The notes under the pieces were generated by a model that was given only the letters and a program-made list of their open reading frames with translations, was not told the origin of the DNA and did not search any database. A DNA stretch of 64,000 nt from a bacterium (lineage in GTDB: Bacteria; Zhuqueibacterota; Zhuqueibacteria; Residuimicrobiales; Krinioviventaceae), in contig OY843751.1 in NCBI GenBank assembly GCA_963693055.1, positions 3,712,001 through 3,776,000 on the forward strand, read 5' to 3'. Below, one piece after another: positions 31,143 to 40,157 of this stretch. The position numbers and the translations under genes were made by a program. The number at the start of each line of letters is the position of its first letter. The stretch's first letter is position 1.

Positions 31143-31661
31143 TTACAACAGGGACTTTAATGCCGCAAGTGCCTTGTCATAATCCGGGTGTGTGGCATTT
31201 TCCGAAACCTGCTCTTTATATCGAACAATCTGGTCCGCATCTACAATAAAAATCGAGCGGGCCAACAGTCTCAATTCTTTAATAACCACGCCATACGCCA
31301 TACCAAATGACAGATCACGATGATCAGACAATACTTTGACTTTATCAACGCCTGCGGCTCCGCACCAGCGTTTCTGAGCAAAAGGCAAATCAACACTTAG
31401 GGTCAATATCTCAACCTGATCGCCCAGTTTTGCGGCTTCTTCATTGAAACGTTTGGTTTGAATGTCACAAATTGAAGTATCCAAAGAGGTAACTATGTTA
31501 TATACCTGAATTTTGCCTGTTAAATCTTGAGATGAAAAGGTACCCAATGCATTATCAACTGCAGTAAAATATGGTGCCTTGTCACCCACATTCACTTCTG
31601 TACCCAAAAGGGTTACGGGATTGCCACCAACAGTTAATATATTTTTACGTTCGTTACTCAT
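31143..31661 (-). CDS. tpx: Thiol peroxidase (atypical 2-Cys peroxiredoxin)
   Basis: SLDTSIC..QTKRFN, SVDLPFAQKRWC, LARS, HPDYD. Confidence 0.93.
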   Translation of the reverse strand: MSNERKNILTVGGNPVTLLGTEVNVGDKAPYFTAVDNALGTFSSQDLTGKIQVYNIVTSLDTSICDIQTKRFNEEAAKLGDQVEILTLSVDLPFAQKRWCGAAGVDKVKVLSDHRDLSFGMAYGVVIKELRLLARSIFIVDADQIVRYKEQVSENATHPDYDKALAALKSLL

Positions 31662-31737
31662 AATATTCTCCCAAATTATTAGTACGTTTGGAAGATAAAA
31701 CGATTTGAAAAATGCAGATATTCCCCCGGATTTTGGA

Positions 31738-32958
31738 TCAGCTCATAAACTGAGTACGTCTCTGTATTTCTTTATCACTCCAGCTCTCACAACCAGGAAT
31801 CATGTTGCGAACAATGGATTTCACATCGGAACTATCTACAAGCCCTAATCGCAGTGCATGCTTGAGAGGTAAAAAATAATCTTCCGGAAGCACAAGGTAA
31901 TGTGCCTCACATTGCGGATGCGGCAAAGGATGCTTGATAAGACCGGTCATTGCTAAAAAGATTCCAACATAATGGCGATAGATCCCAACATTTCCCGGCG
32001 TCCAAAAATCTTTGGCTGCGGCCTGCAGATCCTGCTCAATTGCCAGCGAACAGGGTTTGCCCATTTTTACAAAATCCCGCCACAGCTTGAATAGTGTTGG
32101 GCTGATTTGAGAAGCACCCAGCAAATAGCCATGCTTTTTCAAATTCTTTCCGTAACGAGCAAGCGCAATAAACCAGTCATTACCAGTAGAAAACTGTACC
32201 CGGTCAGGGGCCACTTGTTCAACAATACGCAAACGATCGATATCATCACAAAAATCATACTGACAAAAGAAATTTGATTTTCTGCTTATCAACGCACTTT
32301 TGTATTCATGAATTTCAGGGGTTTGTGCAATAATAGATTCAATTTCAAAAAGATTAAAATTTGAACCAAATCCCGGTATACCAATATCCAGTTCAAAAAA
32401 AACAAAACCAAAATCGGTAAATTCAGAGACCACCTTGCCAATTTCACGATACGCTTTAATCTTATCATCTGTCGGAGCGTCATACAATCGCTTATCCGGG
32501 ACCGGCATATAACGAATACGGCGCGTGGTTTTACGCACCCGAAGGCCGGCATCAATTTCTTTAATCAGTTCACGGGTTTTACCCGCCACATCTTTGATTT
32601 CAAGATCAAAAGGATTGGTATTAAGCCCAGCTACAACCAGTGGTCGGTCGCTTGCTATATAGTCTGAATGTTCGGTTGCCAGCTCGGCGGTTCGCCAGAT
32701 GAGTCTTTTGGTCAGATCCCAGTCGTTATAAATGGCCCAGGTTGTATCTACATTGGTTGCAGGCACATGGCCTGAGCGCAAAGCGTCAATAACCAGGTTA
32801 TCATAACTCTTCCAGTCAAAATTGCCTTTAGGATCCCACGGCCCATAAAGGGCCGTAGTTCCCAGAATTTCTTTATTACATTGACGATCATACACATCCT
32901 GTATGGTCACACCTGTAACCGGAGCAGATGCTTGTGTCAATGAAATGCCTTTTGTCAT
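31738..32958 (-). CDS. Divergent DapA-like (class I aldolase TIM-barrel) protein
   Basis: NFDWKSY..., PATNVDT, FFEL...FG, EYKSA (candidate Schiff-base Lys), FSTGND, YLLG; start overlaps the upstream stop (TAATG). Confidence 0.6.
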   Translation of the reverse strand: MTKGISLTQASAPVTGVTIQDVYDRQCNKEILGTTALYGPWDPKGNFDWKSYDNLVIDALRSGHVPATNVDTTWAIYNDWDLTKRLIWRTAELATEHSDYIASDRPLVVAGLNTNPFDLEIKDVAGKTRELIKEIDAGLRVRKTTRRIRYMPVPDKRLYDAPTDDKIKAYREIGKVVSEFTDFGFVFFELDIGIPGFGSNFNLFEIESIIAQTPEIHEYKSALISRKSNFFCQYDFCDDIDRLRIVEQVAPDRVQFSTGNDWFIALARYGKNLKKHGYLLGASQISPTLFKLWRDFVKMGKPCSLAIEQDLQAAAKDFWTPGNVGIYRHYVGIFLAMTGLIKHPLPHPQCEAHYLVLPEDYFLPLKHALRLGLVDSSDVKSIVRNMIPGCESWSDKEIQRRTQFMS

Positions 32959-34205
32959 TAAGGAATTACCCTCAAATTATTTTTCTGTAAACGTTCCGGT
33001 TCCCAATTCGCAGGTACGGGTTTGGGATATTTGAAAAAGTCTTTAGATTCAACCGGAGCGCCATTATTGGCAGCACTGTCATACAAGGCTTCAACCTGGC
33101 CCAGAATATTTAAAGCACTGACAGCGTCTTTTTCATATTTCTTACCGGTCAAAATGCAAGTCAAAAAGTCAGACAATTCATAAGCGAACGGATCATGATA
33201 CGGGAGATCCAGATATTCCCAATGATCTCTCCACTCTATCTTTTCACCTACTACTGATTTTTCCCAGCGATTTGCCGGTGCTGTTTCTTTCCACTGTACC
33301 TTAAGTCCGTACAGTCCGAAAATCATGGAACCACCTTCACCATCAACAGTGATCTCTAAAGGCCCAAACTCGGAATTTACACGACGATACCATGACCAGA
33401 TAGAAGTATTGATTACACCACTGGTATGTTCACGTCGAAGCGCAGCATAATCTTCAACATCACAATCGATCACAGTCTTCCCGTCTGTGCTCATTCTTTT
33501 GGGAACAATCAGTCTTGCAGAGGCACTCAGCCGTTCAGTCTCACCAAACAAGGCATTTGATAAATACCCTTCATGGCACATATCCAAAATAATACCGCCA
33601 CCAGCTTCATTGAATACCCAGTTAAAGTCAGGACGTTGACCAGAGAATTCAGCATTGCCTTCAAGTCCGGCACCTACTTCATAGCCAAACAACATCTGGG
33701 CGCTAAGGGGTTTGATTTTTGGCATCAGTTCAATGGCTTTCAACAAACCGGGGGTAGAGATCATGTGATGTACAACACCGTGAGTAAAACCACCTTTTTC
33801 CATGGCTTCAACAATGGCAAAACCATCATCATAATTGGATGCCAGAGGTTTTTCCATAAAACAAAATGTGGTTTTGGAATCCAACAGAGGTAGTGTATCA
33901 AGTACAACCTGGCGACGGATGCCGGTAGAAATTGTACAATGATAAATCTGAACATCCGGATTTTGACTTTTTGCAAAGGCATACGCTTCCGGAAAGTTAT
34001 TATAGTAATGTTTCAGTCCTTTTTCTTCTGCAACAGCTTTAACTTTGTCAAGATTACGGCTCACTCCAATTGGCAAGGGTTTTACAATATCACCGTTAAC
34101 AATTGTTTTTTCATCATTGGCAATACTATTTAAAGCAGTTAATGCAATTTGTCCCATTCTTCCTGTAACACCATGTATAATTACAGGGACAATTATATTT
34201 GCCAT
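32958..34205 (-). CDS. Cytoplasmic Gfo/Idh/MocA-type oxidoreductase
   Basis: IIHGVTGRMG, FMEKPLA, GGGIILDMCH; start MANIIVP with GGAGG RBS. Confidence 0.85.
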   Translation of the reverse strand: MANIIVPVIIHGVTGRMGQIALTALNSIANDEKTIVNGDIVKPLPIGVSRNLDKVKAVAEEKGLKHYYNNFPEAYAFAKSQNPDVQIYHCTISTGIRRQVVLDTLPLLDSKTTFCFMEKPLASNYDDGFAIVEAMEKGGFTHGVVHHMISTPGLLKAIELMPKIKPLSAQMLFGYEVGAGLEGNAEFSGQRPDFNWVFNEAGGGIILDMCHEGYLSNALFGETERLSASARLIVPKRMSTDGKTVIDCDVEDYAALRREHTSGVINTSIWSWYRRVNSEFGPLEITVDGEGGSMIFGLYGLKVQWKETAPANRWEKSVVGEKIEWRDHWEYLDLPYHDPFAYELSDFLTCILTGKKYEKDAVSALNILGQVEALYDSAANNGAPVESKDFFKYPKPVPANWEPERLQKNNLRVIP

Positions 34206-34239
34206 GTTTATGTTCCTCCATCGTGGATTAATATTTATA

Positions 34240-35295
34240 TTACAACAAACCCTGACGATAAGCCATTTCAGCATTCAGAATTGAACCACCGGCTGCACCG
34301 CGAATCAGGTTATTTGAAAGTGTTACAAAACGAATAATGTTACCCTCTACCTGCAATCTGCCAACAGAGACAGCCATGCCTGCTGCACGGTCAGGGCTAC
34401 CGGCATTCACATCATAACGATGTTGTGGGCGATCAATTTCAGTACGATAAATAACCGCTTGTTCAGGGGCTGTTGGCAAACCTGCAACTTGTTCTGGTGA
34501 CTTGTAATTCTGAAAGGCCGACAATACTTTATCATAATCCATGTCGTTTTCCATTTCCGCGTGAACAGAGATCAGGTGACCAACTATTGCCGGAACACGA
34601 ATACAATGCGCATGGATTTCCCAATCAGCATCCAAAATATGACTATCATTAAACGTACCACAAATCTTTTTGGTTTCGCTCAACAGTTTAGGTTCTTCAT
34701 TGCCGATATACGGAATAACATTTCCCTGAATATCCATAGCAGACAAACCGGGGTATCCGGCACCAGAGATTGCCTGATAACTTGCAACAACGAGGCGTTT
34801 GATGCCCAAAGGAATAATTGGCAGCAGCGCCATGGTTAATCCTGTGGTTGTACAGTTTGCATTGGTTATGATATATCCCTCGGTATCACTTTGTGCTTTG
34901 GTCAAACCAATATGCTCATGGTTTACCTCCGGTATCAAAATAGGTACATTCTTGTCCATACGATAAGAGCTGGCATTTGAAAAAACCTTGATACCCTGTT
35001 TAGCAGCTTTTTTTTCTATGGTATCTGCAATATCTGCCGGCAAAGCTGAAAAGATCACTTTAATCTCTTTTTCCATCAATACATCAACATCAATAGGATC
35101 AAAAACCAGATCAGTAAAAGTTTCAGGTATACCACCATTAATATGCTCTTTCATCTCGCCCAGTGTTTTACCCGTACGTGCTTCACTGGCACAAACAGCG
35201 CCAAGCTCAAAATAGGGATGACCGTTCAAGAGTTTTAAAAAATGCTGGCCTACAACACCGGTTGCACCCAATACTGCACATTTTACTTTTTTCAT
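34240..35295 (-). CDS. asd: Aspartate-semialdehyde dehydrogenase (archaeal/fungal-like clade)
   Basis: LGATGVVGQ, SNAS..RM...VPILIPEVN, NANCTT, QAISGAGYPG, C.RVP...GH, NLIRGAAGGS; GAGG RBS before ATG 35295. Confidence 0.95.
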   Translation of the reverse strand: MKKVKCAVLGATGVVGQHFLKLLNGHPYFELGAVCASEARTGKTLGEMKEHINGGIPETFTDLVFDPIDVDVLMEKEIKVIFSALPADIADTIEKKAAKQGIKVFSNASSYRMDKNVPILIPEVNHEHIGLTKAQSDTEGYIITNANCTTTGLTMALLPIIPLGIKRLVVASYQAISGAGYPGLSAMDIQGNVIPYIGNEEPKLLSETKKICGTFNDSHILDADWEIHAHCIRVPAIVGHLISVHAEMENDMDYDKVLSAFQNYKSPEQVAGLPTAPEQAVIYRTEIDRPQHRYDVNAGSPDRAAGMAVSVGRLQVEGNIIRFVTLSNNLIRGAAGGSILNAEMAYRQGLL

Positions 35296-35333
35296 AACAT
35301 CCTCGTTTATTATATGTTTTTTCATTAAATACT

Positions 35334-35369
35334 AAAAAAAAAGCCCACAGTGTAGTTCTCTGCGGGCTT
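35334..35369 (-). terminator. Attenuator terminator upstream of asd
   Basis: AAGCCCGCAG-9 nt loop-CTGTGGGCTT followed by T7, about 38 nt before the asd start. Confidence 0.88.
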
Positions 35370-35391
35370 GGAAATTCTAATGGATATAGTA

Positions 35392-35454
35392 TTATAAAGC
35401 CCAACTCTTTTTAAAAGTCTTTTTCATTGTTTTCTTTTTCATATCAATAGTCAT
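35392..35454 (-). CDS. Leader peptide of the asd attenuator, MTIDMKKKTMKKTFKKSWAL
   Basis: 20 codons (7 Lys, 3 Thr, 3 Met, 1 Ile, 1 Asp) lying between the promoter and the terminator; its 3' end TGGGCTT is complementary to the terminator 5' arm. Confidence 0.82.
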   Translation of the reverse strand: MTIDMKKKTMKKTFKKSWAL

Positions 35455-35478
35455 AATTATCTCTTATATTAGTCATAT

Positions 35479-35507
35479 AAATTACTCATTTCCTGACGAA
35501 ATGTCAA
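35479..35507 (-). promoter_or_regulatory. Sigma70 promoter of the leader-asd transcript
   Basis: TTGACA-17 bp-TAATTT, 24 bp before the leader ATG. Confidence 0.7.
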
Positions 35508-35579
35508 GATTTAATATTGGCTTTTTTGTTTAGGAATTCTTATAATATAGTGGTAACTGTTAAATGGAAATGATCAGTA

Positions 35580-36011
35580 TTGCGATTTGAAATTAAAAAA
35601 ACAGGCTTTACCAAAGTATTACCGGGATTGTTTTTCGCAGTAATTGGCAGCACAGGTGTTGCTGTAATTCATTTTTTTCCAGAGATATTGAATCAAATAC
35701 CCGCTTGTATGTTCAGAGAATTTTTTAATATTCCATGTCCGGCTTGCGGAGCAACACATAGTGGTATACACCTGGCTCATCTTAACATACCGGCTGCTCT
35801 GTTGGCCAATCCGTTTTTCTTTATGGTATATATTTTAATATTCCTATGGAGTTTGAATGCTCTGGCAGGATTATTGTTCAAGAAAAACATACAAATTGTT
35901 TTGTCATTAAAAGAGCAAACAATTCTTTACAGGCTTGTTCTTGTATCATTTCCACTAAACTGGCTGTTTTTAATTCTCATTTCTATTTTTACAGGAAGAA
36001 ATGGGCAATAA
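35580..36011 (+). CDS. DUF2752-type membrane protein
   Basis: C.F.....IPCPACGATHS...H...A...NP motif; three TM segments. Confidence 0.8.
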   Translation: MRFEIKKTGFTKVLPGLFFAVIGSTGVAVIHFFPEILNQIPACMFREFFNIPCPACGATHSGIHLAHLNIPAALLANPFFFMVYILIFLWSLNALAGLLFKKNIQIVLSLKEQTILYRLVLVSFPLNWLFLILISIFTGRNGQ

Positions 36012-36055
36012 ATTTGTTAATAATATTTAGAATTTTAAATGAATGAACAAGGCAG

Positions 36056-36886
36056 ATGAATAAAATATTTACAGGTGTCACAGTTGACACATTCGACGGC
36101 TTTACCCCCTCATTTCTCATTGGGGGCCTTAAATTACTCGGGCTTGATTTTGTAGAGATCAATAAAACCGTATTTCAGGAAACAGAATTATTTGCTTCTA
36201 AAATTGGGAAAATTCAAACCGGCTTTCACCTCCCCATTATCAGTGAATCCGGATGGGATTTATCATGCCCCGCTTTTCAAAAAGAGATTGAAACCCTGAT
36301 CAATAATCTCAATACCTGGAAAGATAAACTGAACATACAACACGTGGTATCTCATCCCATCGAGTACAGCAAAAGACATCCGAATTTAGAAACATCCAAA
36401 GATTTTTTAATAAAAAACCTTGAACAAATAGATCTCCCTGTTTATATTGAAAATACTACAATATATTCTCCGGAAACATTTCAGGAATTTTACATTGAAA
36501 TGAAATCAACCCTAGGCAAAAAAGTAGCAGGTATCTGTTTCGACGCACCCCATCTCTTTATAACCGGAAACGATCCTGTCGATTTCTTTAACAAAATGTC
36601 AGACAACATTGGAACCATACATTTATCTGATTGTGAAAAAGATAAAGACAGGCACCTGACTTTTGGTAAAGGCGTTTTACCCATTCAAAACATTTTAAAA
36701 CAGATAAATCATTCAAACTTTTCGGGTTATATTACGCTTGAAATACAGCCACACTCTATTCAGAATCTTGATCCATATATAAACAGTTATTTACAAACAA
36801 TAAAAGCTGTTAATTATACCAAATATTTAAAAACTCGGCTTCGAATGATCTTTTTACAACCCCTGATAAAAAGATTTATCAATTAA
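36056..36886 (+). CDS. Sugar phosphate isomerase/epimerase (xylose isomerase-like TIM barrel)
   Basis: FHLP, IEN, CFDAPH, IHLSD, DRHL.FGKG, ITLE. Confidence 0.8.
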   Translation: MNKIFTGVTVDTFDGFTPSFLIGGLKLLGLDFVEINKTVFQETELFASKIGKIQTGFHLPIISESGWDLSCPAFQKEIETLINNLNTWKDKLNIQHVVSHPIEYSKRHPNLETSKDFLIKNLEQIDLPVYIENTTIYSPETFQEFYIEMKSTLGKKVAGICFDAPHLFITGNDPVDFFNKMSDNIGTIHLSDCEKDKDRHLTFGKGVLPIQNILKQINHSNFSGYITLEIQPHSIQNLDPYINSYLQTIKAVNYTKYLKTRLRMIFLQPLIKRFIN

Positions 36887-37099
36887 TAAATCATGTATAC
36901 TCGATTCATAATAATATATTCAGCACTTAAGCTGAAGGATTAATATTTTGAAGAGAATAGAGCAGATCTCACTGTCCGAATTATTTCAATCATTACAAAT
37001 TAAATTGAAATTTATCATTTTTCTATGGGTTTATAATAATAAGAACCTATGGACCCATTCTAATTAATTATTCTCACCAAAATACAGGAGAAAGTCAGC

Positions 37100-38239
37100 A
37101 TGTCTAATCAATATCAAGCAATTCTTCCCGAGCTCAAAGACAAAATTTTGGGATATCAGCTTGAAAACACTTCAGACACAGATACATTAATTGGGCTTCC
37201 CTATCCTTATACTGCATCTGGGCAAAACAAACGTAATGCACTCTATTACTGGGATACGTTTTTCATTAACCAGGCGTTAATCAAATTTAAATTGGTAGAA
37301 AATGCCCGCTACAATGTTGAAAACCTGATCTACCTGTACCGACAATTACATTATATTCCAACCTCAAACCATAAACAACCGGCACACTATTATCATCCTC
37401 CTCTTATGCCCTGGATGATCCGGGATGTTTATCGCGCAACGGGTGATAAAGAATGGCTGCGAAGAATGCTGCCACATGCTTTGGACGAGTTCCATACCTG
37501 GACTACAAAGCCTCATACTTCACCCTCGGGTTTATTTCGGTACCACGCAAAAGATGAAAATACACAAAATGTTGAGAGTGTTGACAAGGGATTAATGTGT
37601 TCACTCCGCTTTGACAACTTGAACAATGTAAATCCGGTTGATTTAAATGCTATCCTTTACCGGAATGCAAAATTGTTATATGATCTGCAAATTGAAGAAT
37701 CTGGAAAAGGAGATGAAAGTCTGTTACATAAAAGTGAACAGATTAAGAAACTATTAGAAATCTGTTGGGACCCCAAAGAAAATTTCTATTTTGATAATGA
37801 CTTTGAAAACAAAACCCACATAAAGATTAAATCTCTTTCAGGATTCATGCCATTGTTTGTAGAAATGGTTGATGGTGATCGCGCCAAAATTCTGATACAA
37901 CAGCTTAAGCTTTTTGCACAACCCGGTGGTCTCTCTTTTACAGACAAAGACTATAACTTGACATCAGCCGGTTTGCAGTACCCATTAACTACGGCCCCTT
38001 GTATCTATTTTATTATTAAAGGCTTGTGCGATTATGAATACATGGAAGATGCATTGGATATCGGATCAAACTGGCTGAATATGATTTATGACACCTTTAA
38101 AAGCTCGGGAGAAATGTGGGAATGGTACAATACGTCCACAAAATCGGTAAAACCTGAAAATGGTGTTGCCAATACTCCCGTTATGGGCTGGACAGCAGGT
38201 ACTTATATTTCACTTTTAGACACACTTGGACTACACTAG
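37100..38239 (+). CDS. Trehalase-like (GH37-type alpha/alpha barrel) protein with degenerate active-site motifs
   Basis: LPYPY, LYYWDTFF, PVDLNAILY, YFD, MWEWYN, MGWTAG; no signal peptide. Confidence 0.7.
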   Translation: MSNQYQAILPELKDKILGYQLENTSDTDTLIGLPYPYTASGQNKRNALYYWDTFFINQALIKFKLVENARYNVENLIYLYRQLHYIPTSNHKQPAHYYHPPLMPWMIRDVYRATGDKEWLRRMLPHALDEFHTWTTKPHTSPSGLFRYHAKDENTQNVESVDKGLMCSLRFDNLNNVNPVDLNAILYRNAKLLYDLQIEESGKGDESLLHKSEQIKKLLEICWDPKENFYFDNDFENKTHIKIKSLSGFMPLFVEMVDGDRAKILIQQLKLFAQPGGLSFTDKDYNLTSAGLQYPLTTAPCIYFIIKGLCDYEYMEDALDIGSNWLNMIYDTFKSSGEMWEWYNTSTKSVKPENGVANTPVMGWTAGTYISLLDTLGLH

Positions 38240-38252
38240 ACGACGACAGATA

Positions 38253-40157
38253 ATGGATACTCAAAAATACTTTATTATTGGAACTGCCGGGCACATTGAT
38301 CATGGCAAGTCTGCCATGGTCAAAGCGCTCACGGGAACAGATCCTGACAGGCTTTCAGAGGAACAAGAGCGCGGAATGACCATTGATCTGGGATTCGCGT
38401 TTTTAAATGAACAGATTGCAATTATAGATGTACCCGGTCATGAACGGTTTATTAAAAATATGGTGGCTGGTGTCAGCACCATTGATATGGTAATGATGGT
38501 TATTGCAGCCGATGATGGTGTTATGCCGCAAACACGTGAGCATTTGGATATTTTAAATGTATTAAATGTTAAACAAGGTATCATTGTTATATCCAAAGCG
38601 GATCTGGTTGACGATGAATGGTTAGAGATTGTTAAAGAAGATATTAGCAGTCTTGTACAGGGAACTTTTTTACAAGACAAGCCCATACTCCCCATTTCTT
38701 CAGTTAAAGGTACTGGCATCAAAGAGTTGAAACAACTACTGTTAGATACAGTTGCAACACTTCCTCCACGAAAAAATCGGGGTGTCTTTTGGATGCCTGT
38801 TGACCGGTCCTTTTCTATCAAAGGATTTGGCACTGTGGTTACCGGCTCGGTATTATCCGGTAGTCTTCAACCCGGTAATGTTCTTGACCTGCTGCCGGAG
38901 CAAAAGCAGGTCAAGGTAAGAGGCATTCAAACCCACGGTAAATCTACAGAAACAATAAGACTGGGTGAACGTGCAGCAATAAACCTGACCAACATATCGA
39001 AAGAAGAAATCATTAGGGGAGATGTTTTGGCTAGTCCCGAATATTTTACGCCCTCTAATATTTTTGATGCAAAACTGGATGTTTTAAAATCAGCAAAAAA
39101 GCCTTTAAAAAACAGGTCCCGGGTAAGGGTACATATTGGTACGCGCGAAGTTATTGGCCGTATCAGAATACTGGATAGAGACCTAATTGCTCCCGGTGAA
39201 AACGGGTATGTACAGCTAAAGCTGGAACAAACAGCTGTAGCCATTCGTCGTGATCCTTTCGTAATAAGACAATACTCTCCGGTTGTGACTATAGGCGGCG
39301 GTATCATTCTGGACACTAACCCGAAACACCATAAACGGTTCGATCATGCCATATTAAAAAAACTGCAAACGCTTGAAACAGAAAATCCATTAGAGACGCT
39401 GAATATTCTTTTAATGAGCAATGCGGAATTAGGCATGAACCTGAACGATCTTGAAAAACAATCTGGCATTGAACAAGAGACATTGAACGAATATCTTGAA
39501 CAGATGTTAAATCAGGAACAGATTGTTAATTGTGGATCAAGTAAAAAGCCGCAATATTTTCCGGCAACCCAACTTGGGCAAACACGTGAAAACATTTTAA
39601 ATTTGTTACAGCAGTTCCATGAATCTGAGCCATTAAAACCCGGTATGAACAAGGCGGAATTAAAAAAGGCTACTCGTTCTGCTATCTTGTTCGAATTCAT
39701 TCTTGAATCACTGATTGATAAAGAATTGATTACCATAACATCAAACCGGGTAAAACTGAGCAGTCATCAGATAAAATTGAATGAAAAACAGGAAAAAATC
39801 TCTAATCAAATTTTGGAAATTCTGACAAAATCCAGATATAGTCCCCCTGGAATTGAAGAACTGGCAAAAGTAATTGGATCACCAGTTCAGGAAACCGAAA
39901 ATATAATCTATGCACTTGAGGGATTGAACAAGGTGGTTAGGGTTGAAGATAATGTTTATTTTACAACAACAGCATTAAAAGCAGCCAGAGAAAAACTGAT
40001 CAACTTTATTAAACAGAATAAAGAAATTACTGTAAGCCAATATCGCGACGAACTGGATACCTCACGCAAATATGCCATGGCTCTTTTACTCTATTTCGAC
40101 AATATCGGTTTGACAGTACGGGTGGAAGATGTAAGAATTCTGGATCAGGTAATTTGA
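38253..40157 (+). CDS. selB: Selenocysteine-specific translation elongation factor
   Basis: [58 protein letters not shown]; C-terminal winged helix [12 protein letters not shown]. Confidence 0.96.
   Translation: MDTQKYFIIGTAGHIDHGKSAMVKALTGTDPDRLSEEQERGMTIDLGFAFLNEQIAIIDVPGHERFIKNMVAGVSTIDMVMMVIAADDGVMPQTREHLDILNVLNVKQGIIVISKADLVDDEWLEIVKEDISSLVQGTFLQDKPILPISSVKGTGIKELKQLLLDTVATLPPRKNRGVFWMPVDRSFSIKGFGTVVTGSVLSGSLQPGNVLDLLPEQKQVKVRGIQTHGKSTETIRLGERAAINLTNISKEEIIRGDVLASPEYFTPSNIFDAKLDVLKSAKKPLKNRSRVRVHIGTREVIGRIRILDRDLIAPGENGYVQLKLEQTAVAIRRDPFVIRQYSPVVTIGGGIILDTNPKHHKRFDHAILKKLQTLETENPLETLNILLMSNAELGMNLNDLEKQSGIEQETLNEYLEQMLNQEQIVNCGSSKKPQYFPATQLGQTRENILNLLQQFHESEPLKPGMNKAELKKATRSAILFEFILESLIDKELITITSNRVKLSSHQIKLNEKQEKISNQILEILTKSRYSPPGIEELAKVIGSPVQETENIIYALEGLNKVVRVEDNVYFTTTALKAAREKLINFIKQNKEITVSQYRDELDTSRKYAMALLLYFDNIGLTVRVEDVRILDQVI

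Noticed and set aside
35207-35404. 65-aa ORF upstream of and overlapping asd
   Set aside because: TTG start, runs through the terminator and out of frame into asd; the 20-aa leader in another frame explains the region better.
35326-35480. Lysine riboswitch or T-box before asd
   Set aside because: Region too short and A/U-rich, and lacks the conserved motifs of either element.
36887-37099. tRNA-Sec (selC) near selB
   Set aside because: AT-rich spacer with only a small hairpin; no cloverleaf or UCA anticodon arm seen.
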